From assembly GCF_028463985.1 (NCBI RefSeq), contig NZ_CP116766.1, positions 953,235 through 985,234 on the forward strand: 32,000 nucleotides of DNA. Direction: 5' to 3'. The notes below the pieces were generated by a model, which was given only the letters and a program-made list of their open reading frames with translations, was not told the DNA's origin and made no database searches. Position numbers and translations under genes: made by a program. Origin of the DNA: Neisseria lisongii (GTDB taxonomy: Bacteria > Pseudomonadota > Gammaproteobacteria > Burkholderiales > Neisseriaceae). This document shows, piece after piece, positions 18,124 through 25,769 of the stretch. Position 1 is the stretch's first letter, and the number at the start of each line of letters is the position of its first letter.

Positions 18124-19524
18124 TTAAAATGCTTTTTCAAAGCTGAGGAATACTTTGTGTTTACGGTAGCTGTGCAGGGCATCGATGTTGCTTTTTACTC
18201 GGGTCAGACGCCAGTTGAGTTGGGGGGTGATGCCCCAGACGTTCAGGCGGGTGTTCCAGAGGGTGAGCGACAGTGCGCGGTTGTGGTCTTGGCGGCGGGT
18301 GTCGGTGAAGATGTAGTGGGTGCCGTCGTAGCGTTCGTTGTAGCGGTTGAATACGAGGCGGCTACCAAAGCCGGCCGGCCAGCTTTGTCCCCAGCCGATG
18401 TAGCCGCCCAGGCGTTTGCTGCTGGAACTTGGGGCGGCGTGCATTTTTTCCCGACTGCCGTTGATGCCGCCAAACAGATAGGTTTGGCTGCCTGCGAGAT
18501 AGGTTGCGCCTATGCTCAGGCTGCTGTCTCGACCGTGGCGGTGTTGGGTGTAGCTTTTCCAGCCTTGGGAGCTGTTGGCGGAGAGCCGCCAGCGGTCGGT
18601 TATCCAGCGGGATATGCCGCTGTCGATGCCGGTTTTGCTGTAATAGGGTTCGTTGCCGTAGCGGCGTTTTTCCCAAAAGGGTAAGAGGTAGCCGTCTGTT
18701 TTAAGTGATTTGAAACGGTAGCCGCTGAATACTTTGAGGGTCATGTCGTCATAGTCGTGGCGGTTCCAGTAGCTGGTGCCGTCTAATGATGCACCTATGC
18801 CCAGATAGTGGTGGCCGCTGAGGCTGTAGTCTTTGTCGGCTGAGAGGCCGTAGGAGAAGCCTTTGGCTTTTTTGGGTAGGTATTCTTCGTTTTTGGTGAG
18901 GGCCAGTCCGGGGAATTGGGGGGTGGTGATGGTTTTTTCGGCGGATACGTTGTTAATGTTGTTGTCGGCTTCGTAATTGAGGTTGCCTGAGAAGCGCCAG
19001 CGTTGGGCTTCGGTGATGGCATTTTCGTATTCTGTGATGCGGGGTAAAACGTCTTCCGGTAAGCCGGCGTTTTTGGCTTCGTTAAAGGTGGTTTGGGCAT
19101 CTTTGAGCTGTTTGTCTTCAAACAGCATGGCGGCCAAGTCGAGTTTGACGGCGGGTAGGTCGGGGTTTTGGGCCAACATGCGGCGGTAGCTTTTGATGGC
19201 TTGACTGTGTTTGCCTTCGGCACGCCATAGAGCGCCTTGGGCGAACTCGGCCACTGCGCCGTAGTGGCGCATGGTAAGGGCTTGGTTAAGCAGGGGTTCG
19301 CTGAGGGCGGGGTTTTGCTGCATTTCTTCTATGCTTGGGGGTGTGGCTGCTGCGGTTTCCTGTGTGTTGTCGGGTTGGCTCGGGCTGAGGCTGTCGCCGA
19401 TTTCGGGCTGCTGCGGGGCTTGCTGCGGTAATACTTTGTCTAAATGGCGGTCGGCATCGCTTTCGGGAGCGGCTTGGGCATAGCTGCAGGCGAGCAGTAA
19501 GAGGGTTATGGCTGTTTTTTTCAT
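18124..19524 (-). CDS. Surface lipoprotein assembly modifier (Slam): an N-terminal TPR-like region plus a DUF560 outer-membrane beta-barrel.
   Basis: 466 aa from [18 protein letters not shown], a signal peptide with RBS aggaaacc (the track ORF begins further upstream at 19599). The barrel region is rich in alternating aromatic residues ([17 protein letters not shown]...[13 protein letters not shown]...[27 protein letters not shown]...VFLSFEKAF) and ends in F. It lies next to a TbpB-fold lipoprotein gene. Confidence 0.85.
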   Translation of the reverse strand: MKKTAITLLLLACSYAQAAPESDADRHLDKVLPQQAPQQPEIGDSLSPSQPDNTQETAAATPPSIEEMQQNPALSEPLLNQALTMRHYGAVAEFAQGALWRAEGKHSQAIKSYRRMLAQNPDLPAVKLDLAAMLFEDKQLKDAQTTFNEAKNAGLPEDVLPRITEYENAITEAQRWRFSGNLNYEADNNINNVSAEKTITTPQFPGLALTKNEEYLPKKAKGFSYGLSADKDYSLSGHHYLGIGASLDGTSYWNRHDYDDMTLKVFSGYRFKSLKTDGYLLPFWEKRRYGNEPYYSKTGIDSGISRWITDRWRLSANSSQGWKSYTQHRHGRDSSLSIGATYLAGSQTYLFGGINGSREKMHAAPSSSSKRLGGYIGWGQSWPAGFGSRLVFNRYNERYDGTHYIFTDTRRQDHNRALSLTLWNTRLNVWGITPQLNWRLTRVKSNIDALHSYRKHKVFLSFEKAF

Positions 19525-19648
19525 GTGGTTTCCTGTTTTTTGAAAAAAGGCCGTCTGAAAACTTTGAACTGTCCCCAAAAAGTTGGACACTCCCTCCAAC
19601 TTTAAAAGGTGCAGTTCACTTCTTCAGCGGCCTTTTAATCGGGGTTAT

Positions 19649-20435
19649 CGTGGATTCACTTAAAGGTGTAGGCTGGGTCGCCACCCGCACAATGTGAAAT
19701 TCACCATATGAAATTCACTGAATCCGTGCGTGCTGCGACACACGCTACACCAAATTCACCGGTAGCGTGCATGCCTGAGCATGCACGGGTTTGGTTCTAT
19801 CGTGAATTTGGAATGTGATATTCACTATGTGGCACTCACTGAATCCGTGCGTGCTACGGCACACACGCTACACCGAATTCACCGGTAGCACGCTTGCCTG
19901 AGCATGCACGGGTTGGTTCTATCGTGAATTTGGAATGTGATATTCACTATGTGGCACTCACTGAATCCGTGCGTGCTGCGGCACGCACGCTACACCAAAT
20001 TCACCGGTAGCACGCTTGCCTGAGCATGCACGGGTTTGGTTCTATCGTGAATTTGGAATGTGATATTCACTATATGAAATTCACTGAATCCGTGTGTGCT
20101 GCGGCACACACGCTACACCAAATTCACCGGTAGCACGCTTGCCTGAGCATGCACGGGTTTGGTTCTATCGTGAATTTGGAATGTGATATTCACTATGTGG
20201 CACTCACTGAATCCGTGCGTGCTGCGGCACGCACGCTACACCAAATTCACCGGTAGCACGTAGCACGCTTGCCTGAGCATGCACGGGTTTGGTTCTATCG
20301 TGAATTTGGAATGTGAAATTCACTATGTGGCACTCACTGAATCCGTGCGTGCTGCGGCACACACGCTACACCGAATTCACCGGTAGCACGCTTGCCTGAG
20401 CATGCACGGGTTTGGTAATCTATCGTGAATTTAAA
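19649..20435. repeat. Non-coding tandem array, about 6.5 copies of a unit of about 123 bp.
   Basis: The marker cgtgaatttg recurs at 19801, 19923, 20046, 20169 and 20299, and as cgtgaattta at 20424. The periods are 122, 123, 123, 130 and 125. Each unit holds the hairpins ccgtgcgtgc-tgcg-gcacgcacgCTACAC and gtagc(g/a)(t/c)gc(a/t)tgc-ctga-gcatgcacggg. No ORF of 60 aa or more is present. Confidence 0.9.
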
Positions 20436-20469
20436 ATGTGCTAAACATTCGATAACGACGCTATCTCCC

Positions 20470-20505
20470 CCAAAAAGGCCGTCTGAAAACTTCTTCAGCG
20501 GCCTT
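20470..20505 (-). terminator. DUS-pair hairpin terminator downstream of the lipoprotein gene.
   Basis: On the minus strand, aggccgctgaa-gaagtt-ttcagacggcct is followed by ttttt, 20 nt after the stop at 20525. Confidence 0.7.
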
Positions 20506-20524
20506 TGGTTCAAGGATTTAGTGT

Positions 20525-23431
20525 TTAACGTTTGCCGATAAAGCCGATTCGGTTCTCGCCATCATGAGTGGTGATATTCAAGATACCGCCGGCTTCTTGG
20601 GCTTTCGGGCCGCCGAAGACCATTTTGCCCGTACCGTAAATGGTTGCGGCTTCGTCTTTATGCGAACCTTTCATCCAAGCAGTCAGCTCCACATCTTTAC
20701 CGGCGGCACGCAAGGCCACATCTTTACCGGCATTTGCCTGCGGCATGCCTTGGGCAACTTGAAGCTGCTGTTTGAAGCCGCTGGCAAAGAATAAATCGCG
20801 CGGTTTGCCTTGGCTGTCTTTATCCAAACGGCGGTTGGTAATCTTACCGTTTACGGCCACTTTTTGAGCAAAGCCGTCTGCACCTGCGGTGAATTTGGCA
20901 TTCAACGTCAGCTTGCCGTCTTGTTTGCCGTCTTTGCTGTTATAGGCAAGGCCGCTATAAGTGGCCTGCAAACCTTGGATACCCGGCTTGTGCGGATCAT
21001 CAACATACAGCGGCAGGTTTTGTTCGCCGTTTGTAAATCTGCCAAGCTTGTCGAATACCTGAATATTGTATGGCCCTGCCTGATATTTGCCTGCGCCGTC
21101 TTTATATTTCCAGGCGGTCAGATTCAGATACGCCTGATCCACGCCGTTGGCCTTGCCGATATCGTAGCTGTAAATTGCAACTTTAGGATCATTACTCTGC
21201 TTATCTGAAAGATAAGCAAAACGTTGCGCCAATACTCGTTTATCGGCAAACACGCCTTGCTTCACTTGCTCTACTGCGGCAAAAAAACCTTGGCCATGTC
21301 CTGAGTTATAAAAGAATGGCTCACCTGGAATTGATTTTTCAATCAAATACTTATTATTTAAAGCATCATGACGAACAACATACTCTCCTTTCGGCAATGC
21401 AATTTTAAAGCCATCACCATAACGAGTACCAGGTTCAAAACCAATCAACTCAGCTTTAATTCCAGGTTCAATAGCGATATCATCTGCCTTTAAGTCAAAA
21501 TACTGACCAAGCGAAAGATTGACATCCCCTTTCTCATCGTCATACCCTTCTGTACGCCCGCCTAAAACTAGATAAGTATCCGGTTCTTTTATACTAAATG
21601 TAGCAACTCTACGACCTGTCAAATCATAAAACTGTTGTTCTACTGACGGCTCATGAAGTAAACGTCCGCCCAAAGCAGTTGATTTCTTCTCTGCACTGAC
21701 TTTCCAAAAAGGGGCTTTTGTTTCATTATCAACAAATGCTTCAATTTCGTTCACTCCTGGTAATACATCAAGCAAAGGATACTCAATTAGCCTCCATGAT
21801 CGATAGATATCTCCGCTCGGATTTGCATTACCTGTCGGACTCACTTCAGACAGCAAAGCCAAGCCCACTCGAGCAAATCTACTTGTGGTTGCATTTAAAA
21901 TATCAACGGTTGTACCATCTTCATAATCCAGCCCAGCTTGTTTATAAACCTCAGTACCAATTCTATTGACTTCGGTTAATGGATTAGGGAAATAGCTATC
22001 TTTAGCAAGAACAAAATTTCCCTGGTATGAATCAGATGTTATATCAATCTTATCCCACCCATCTCCAACTTCTTTTCTCATAATATTCTTCGGACTAAAC
22101 ACCTTGATACCGCTATGAACATAAAGATTCGGCTGCGCAGAAAAATCATCAGCAACCGCTATATCAATTTCTGATGAATTAAAGAGTTCATAAGGAGCTT
22201 TACTACTATAGTTACTTAATGCGTCTTTACTCAGTTGAGCCAATTTCTGATCCAAATCCCCACGCAGTGCTTTTTTCCTTTCCGCTTCAATCTGATCATA
22301 AACTGCTTGCACTTCCTGCTGCAGCGCATTTGCGGCGGCAAGCGCTGCTTTATCGGCTGCTGCCTGTTTATCCGCTGCCTGTTTCAGGCTTTGGGCTTCG
22401 GCCAGCTGTTTGGCGGCTTGGGCTTGCAATGCTTGGGCTTGAGCCTTAGTTGCTGCGGTGGCATTGGCTACGGCTTGGTCGGCCTGAGTTTTTGCGGCTT
22501 GGGCGGCATTGACTGCAGTTTGAGCTTTTTGGGCGGCAGTTTGGGCGGCTGTATTGGCGGCCTCGGCGGCTTGTACTGAGGCGTTGGCTTTGGCTACTGC
22601 GTCTGCTTTAGCGGCGGTAGTGCTGCCTGCTTTGGCGGCATCGGCTGCGGTTTTAGCGGCAGCGGCGGCTTTGGCGGCGGCTTCGCTGCTTTGTTTGGCA
22701 GTTTGGGCTGCTTTCAGGCTGTCGGCAACGCCGGTGCTGGATTTTTGTGCCTCTGCCAATGCGGCTTGGGCTTTTTGATCTGCAGTTTGGTGTTGAGCAT
22801 CTTGGGCTTGGGCCTGTTGATAGCTTTTTTGTTTTTCTGCGGCCAGTTTGGCTGATTGGTTTTTCAGCTCTTGGCTGGCTTTGAGTTGGGCTTCAATCTG
22901 TTTCAGACGGCTTTCGGTTTGCTGTTTGAGCGCTTCTACTTGTTTTTTCAGATCAGCGGCTGCTGTCTTCTCGGCCTCGGTTTTGGCTGCTGCGATGGCG
23001 GCATTCGCTTTGTTTAAGGCATCTTGTGCGGTTTGCTGCGCTTTTTGGGCTTGGGCCAATGCGGCATTGGCAGTTTTTAGGGCTTCGGCTGCGCTGCGGT
23101 CGGTGGCAGCGGCTTTGTCTGCTGCGGTTTTTTTATCCGCTGTGGTGGTTTGGTTTTGCTCGATGCTGGTGAGCTGTTGTTTGATTTGTTTGGTTTTGAT
23201 GTCTGTTTGTTCGACATCTTGGGTCAGGCTTTGCAGCGCTGAGCGCAGGGCTTGCAGGCTGCTTTGGGCGGATTGTTCGGCTGTTTGATAGCTTTGCGGC
23301 TGGGTTGCGCCGGTGATCAGATTCCAGTCGATCGGTTTGTCGTTGACGCTGCCGCAGGCGCTTAATACGGCGGCACATACGCCGGTTAATACGAATTTGG
23401 TTACCGGAAGTTTGTGTTTTTGAGAAGTCAT
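20525..23431 (-). CDS. Large surface lipoprotein, a putative Slam substrate. It has a lipobox, an Ala/Gln/Lys-rich coiled coil of about 340 aa, a central domain of unknown family, and a TbpB-type C-terminal beta-barrel.
   Basis: 968 aa. The lipobox is VLSAC|GS. Residues of about 60-400 are low-complexity AQAK heptad-like sequence. The C-terminus reads LQATYSGLAYNSKDGKQDGKLTLNAKFTAG...VAVNGKIT...DLFFASGF...GKMVFGGPKAQEAGGILNITTHDGENRIGFIGKR. This fits the pattern G.A.Y.G ... F.G.i ... G.F.GP.A.E.GG ... FGAKR seen in TbpB, LbpB, HpuA and fHbp barrels. Confidence 0.85.
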   Translation of the reverse strand: MTSQKHKLPVTKFVLTGVCAAVLSACGSVNDKPIDWNLITGATQPQSYQTAEQSAQSSLQALRSALQSLTQDVEQTDIKTKQIKQQLTSIEQNQTTTADKKTAADKAAATDRSAAEALKTANAALAQAQKAQQTAQDALNKANAAIAAAKTEAEKTAAADLKKQVEALKQQTESRLKQIEAQLKASQELKNQSAKLAAEKQKSYQQAQAQDAQHQTADQKAQAALAEAQKSSTGVADSLKAAQTAKQSSEAAAKAAAAAKTAADAAKAGSTTAAKADAVAKANASVQAAEAANTAAQTAAQKAQTAVNAAQAAKTQADQAVANATAATKAQAQALQAQAAKQLAEAQSLKQAADKQAAADKAALAAANALQQEVQAVYDQIEAERKKALRGDLDQKLAQLSKDALSNYSSKAPYELFNSSEIDIAVADDFSAQPNLYVHSGIKVFSPKNIMRKEVGDGWDKIDITSDSYQGNFVLAKDSYFPNPLTEVNRIGTEVYKQAGLDYEDGTTVDILNATTSRFARVGLALLSEVSPTGNANPSGDIYRSWRLIEYPLLDVLPGVNEIEAFVDNETKAPFWKVSAEKKSTALGGRLLHEPSVEQQFYDLTGRRVATFSIKEPDTYLVLGGRTEGYDDEKGDVNLSLGQYFDLKADDIAIEPGIKAELIGFEPGTRYGDGFKIALPKGEYVVRHDALNNKYLIEKSIPGEPFFYNSGHGQGFFAAVEQVKQGVFADKRVLAQRFAYLSDKQSNDPKVAIYSYDIGKANGVDQAYLNLTAWKYKDGAGKYQAGPYNIQVFDKLGRFTNGEQNLPLYVDDPHKPGIQGLQATYSGLAYNSKDGKQDGKLTLNAKFTAGADGFAQKVAVNGKITNRRLDKDSQGKPRDLFFASGFKQQLQVAQGMPQANAGKDVALRAAGKDVELTAWMKGSHKDEAATIYGTGKMVFGGPKAQEAGGILNITTHDGENRIGFIGKR

Positions 23432-23623
23432 ATACCTATCCTCTAAGTTTAGTGGCTTGCTGTCTGCTCCGTCGCTGCAGCGGTAGAGAACAGCTGCATT
23501 GATGGGCCAAACGGCACTTAAGATAAATCGATTTTTGACTGCTGCTGTGATACAGCAGGCATATCGGCAACTTGCCTTTATGCTGCTTAGATTGTAAACT
23601 TTTGAAAATTAAAAGACTATAAT

Positions 23624-23658
23624 AGGTTAGGTTAGGTTAGGTTAGGTTAGGTTAGGTT
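23624..23658. repeat. Pentanucleotide simple-sequence repeat, (AGGTT)7.
   Basis: aggtt occurs 7 times in perfect tandem, 193-227 nt upstream of the lipoprotein start codon (AACCT on the coding strand). Confidence 0.95.
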
Positions 23659-23798
23659 AATTATTGTTTGATTGTGTTAATTTTTATGGGATATTTAGAG
23701 TTGATAGCCTATTTTCAGATGGCATAATGGCTGGCGACGGAGAAGGTTTTTTAAACAAGGAAGATGATGCCGTCTGAAAATTGGGCTTGCGGTTTGTA

Positions 23799-23916
23799 TA
23801 TAGTGAATTAACCAAAAAATATGACAACCCAAGTGAATCACCCTCCCCTAGCCCCTTCCCGCCAGCGGGACGGGTGGTTCACTTGGGTTGTCATATTTTT
23901 TGGTTAATTCACTATA
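23799..23916. repeat. 118-bp palindromic MITE with the dRS3-like core.
   Basis: The roughly 44-bp arms tatagtgaattaaccaaaaaatatgacaacccaagtgaatcaccc and gggtggttcacttgggttgtcatattttttggttaattcactata flank ...ccccttcccgccagcggga.... A half copy lies at 25373-25437. Confidence 0.8.
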
Positions 23917-24054
23917 TATGGTGGATCCACTTAATACTCCATACAATTTAATCCGATACCTGTAGCAACTGTATTTTTCACCCCGTCGGGCAAAAATACA
24001 AAAACGGTTAGTCTGAAGGCCGGTCTGAACAAAACCGGCAATACTTCAACATGA

Positions 24055-25002
24055 TCAAACAGCACTCACTGCCGCCAAACGATCCCGCATCATCGCATTC
24101 AGAATCGTCAGCAGCTTACGCATACAGGCCGTTACCGCCACTTTGTACGGCTTACCCCGCAAACGCAGACGTTGGTAGAAGTCCTTAATCCTCGGTTCGT
24201 AGTGTGCCGCCACCATCGCCGCCATATACAGCGTTTTGCGTACAGCACTGCGCCCGCCGAAACAGCGGCTTTTAAACTTCATTGTGCCGCTTTCTTTCAC
24301 ATAAGGGGCGACACCTACCAAACCGGCAATCTGTTTATGCGATACTCTGCCCAATTCCGGCAACATCGCACATAAGGTCGCTGCAGTAGTCGGGCCGATA
24401 CCTTTGATGCTTTGCAGCAGACTGCTTTTGTCGCCAAAATGAGTGTCGTTATGTTCTTCGATCTGTCTGTCCAAAGCAGCAATCAGTGCGTCGAAATGTG
24501 CGATCAGTGCTTCAACACTTTGAATCTGTGTTTCATGTACCTGCTGCAAACGGTTTTTTTCGGCACTGCGCATTTCAACCAGTTGAGTGCGGCGGCTGAT
24601 TAAGGCTTCGAGGATTTCTTCTGCCTCACTCGGCGGCGTATAGAGCTGCCGTTCCCAATCGGGCTTTTGTGTGATTACCTGTGCGTAAAACGCCAACATT
24701 TTGGCATCGGCCGCATCGGTTTTGGTGAGTGATTGCGACTGTGCGAATTGGTGCGTCTGACGGGGATTGGCAATGATGACTTTGAATCCTGCCCGGTGCA
24801 GTGCTTTGGCCAATGGGATTTCCAGTCCGCCGGTGCTTTCCATCACAACCAGTGAGACCTGATGTTTTTTCAGGTATTCGATGGTGTGGAGAAAGCCTTT
24901 TTGGTTGTTGGTCTCGGTTTTGGTCTTTTTGGAAGACGTGATGCCGATAACGAAGTTTCGTTTGGCGATGTCGATACCGCCGTAGTTTTGGGTACTCATC
25001 AT
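24055..25002 (-). CDS. IS110-family transposase/recombinase.
   Basis: 315 aa from MMSTQNYGGIDIAK. Alternative starts are at 25017 and 24999. Motifs: VMESTGGLE, KTDAADAKMLAFY, IKGIGPTTAATLCA and LVGVAPYVKESGTMKFKSRCFGGRSAVRKTLYMAAM. Confidence 0.88.
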   Translation of the reverse strand: MMSTQNYGGIDIAKRNFVIGITSSKKTKTETNNQKGFLHTIEYLKKHQVSLVVMESTGGLEIPLAKALHRAGFKVIIANPRQTHQFAQSQSLTKTDAADAKMLAFYAQVITQKPDWERQLYTPPSEAEEILEALISRRTQLVEMRSAEKNRLQQVHETQIQSVEALIAHFDALIAALDRQIEEHNDTHFGDKSSLLQSIKGIGPTTAATLCAMLPELGRVSHKQIAGLVGVAPYVKESGTMKFKSRCFGGRSAVRKTLYMAAMVAAHYEPRIKDFYQRLRLRGKPYKVAVTACMRKLLTILNAMMRDRLAAVSAV

Positions 25003-25010
25003 AAACCTGT

Positions 25011-25124
25011 CTTGCATTCGGTTGTGTTGTCGGGCAACTGTCCGGTTGTGTTGATGGGTTGCCCGGCTTCCCTAAGCTACACAGCGGTTGTTGAACCTTG
25101 GGTGCGCACGGGTGGCGGCCGGGC
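25011..25124 (-). ncRNA. Candidate bridge RNA of the IS110 element at 23964-25164.
   Basis: On the minus strand the stem GCCCGGC (25124-25118) pairs with GCCGGGC (25067-25061). The loop has CGCACCC (25106-25100, left flank plus the C of the core), the hairpin GGTTcaacAACC, and TGTGTAG (25083-25077, reverse complement of CTACACA). Then come ACAGTTGC (25041-25034, the right end) and CAAG (25014-25011). Confidence 0.5.
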
Positions 25125-25640
25125 GGGTGTTGCTTGTTATGATACTGGAAGTTGGATATACAAGGGTGCGAGCCAAAGCACGCACCTGTTCTGTGAGTTT
25201 TAGTCGAAGCCGTCTGAAAATCTGATTTCAGCTTCACAGAAACTCGCTTTACTCGTTTTGGCGAAACCTGCGGTTTTAGCTTTGCAGAAACTCGCTACGC
25301 TCGTTTTCAGACGGCATTCATGGGGAATTTAGAGAACACGTGCATGCTTTGGCATGCACACTACACACAATTCCCCGTCCCGCTGGCGGGAAGGGTGGTT
25401 CACTTGGGTTGTCATATTTTTTGGTTAATTCACTATATATATCTTATTTGAAACAAAAATATGCCGTCTGAAAAGCAGGTTTTCAGACGGCATGAACGTA
25501 AAACTCAATAAACTGCACACTATAGTGAATCAACCGAAAAAATATAACACCACAGCGAGCCACCCTTCCCCTAGCCCCTTCCCGCCAGCGGGACGGGGAA
25601 CAAAGTGCAGGTGGACCAACTTAGCTTGCCGATTTATACA

Positions 25641-25722
25641 GGCGTAGGTTGGGTCTCGACCCAACACGATTGGAAATACCTTAAAACGTAAGGTTTTGTT
25701 GGGTTACGACCCAACCTACGCC
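25641..25722. repeat. Palindromic repeat element, the intact empty-site copy for the IS110 at 16531.
   Basis: ggcgtaggttgggtctcgacccaac...gttgggttacgacccaacCTacgcc. An inverted, diverged copy at 16448-16530 plus 17771-17777 is split by the IS. Confidence 0.7.
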
Positions 25723-25769
25723 CTATTCTCTTTTTTAAGTAAATCCACACTATACAATTTTCAGACGGC

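Larger units (their letters stand above)
23964..25164 (-). mobile_element. IS110-family insertion sequence, about 1.2 kb. Its boundaries are inferred.
   Basis: On the minus strand the left junction is gtgcgtgctttggctcgcaccCT|tgtatatccaac and the right junction is aaaatacagttgCT|acaggtatcgg. The flanks reconstitute a hairpin plus the CTACA motif shared by the Correia-like repeats. The right end resembles the prophage right end (aatacagttgct versus aatacactatct). Confidence 0.65.

Noticed and set aside
17953-18704. 243-aa + strand ORF and smaller ORFs overlapping the Slam gene (also 18243-18473, 18362-18676, 18795-19223 -, 18977-19483 +).
   Set aside because: They start inside a repeat element and are Ala/Gly/Val- or Pro/Thr-rich translations of the antisense or off-frame strand of a well-supported gene. 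None has an RBS.
19515-19521. A7 homopolymer immediately after the Slam start codon (ATG AAA AAA ACA), considered as a possible phase-variation tract.
   Set aside because: A 7-nt poly-A encoding the common MKK signal-peptide start is short for slippage in Neisseria, where variable tracts are usually longer poly-G/C. There is no supporting evidence in the sequence.
19649-20435. CRISPR-like appearance: palindromic repeats alternating with spacers of about 55 bp.
   Set aside because: The spacers are essentially identical in every unit, the period (about 123 bp) is far larger than a CRISPR repeat plus spacer, and no cas genes are nearby. It is a plain tandem duplication.
22219-23378. Several + strand ORFs (and an off-frame - strand ORF at 23133-23378) over the 5' part of the lipoprotein gene.
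   Set aside because: They are antisense or off-frame readings of a GC-rich low-complexity Ala/Gln/Lys coding region (Cys/Leu/Ala-rich nonsense). Such regions are typically open in several frames.
23520-23560. Possible Fur box (gataaatcgatttttga) upstream of the lipoprotein gene, considered because Slam cargos are often iron-regulated.
   Set aside because: Only about half the positions match the GATAATGATAATCATTATC consensus, which is too weak to call by eye.
24626-25237. 203-aa minus-strand ORF overlapping the 5' half of the third IS110 recombinase and its left end.
   Set aside because: It is in a different frame from the clearly homologous recombinase ORF and its composition is Pro/His/Arg/Gln-rich nonsense. 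The region upstream of 25017 is better explained as structured non-coding RNA.
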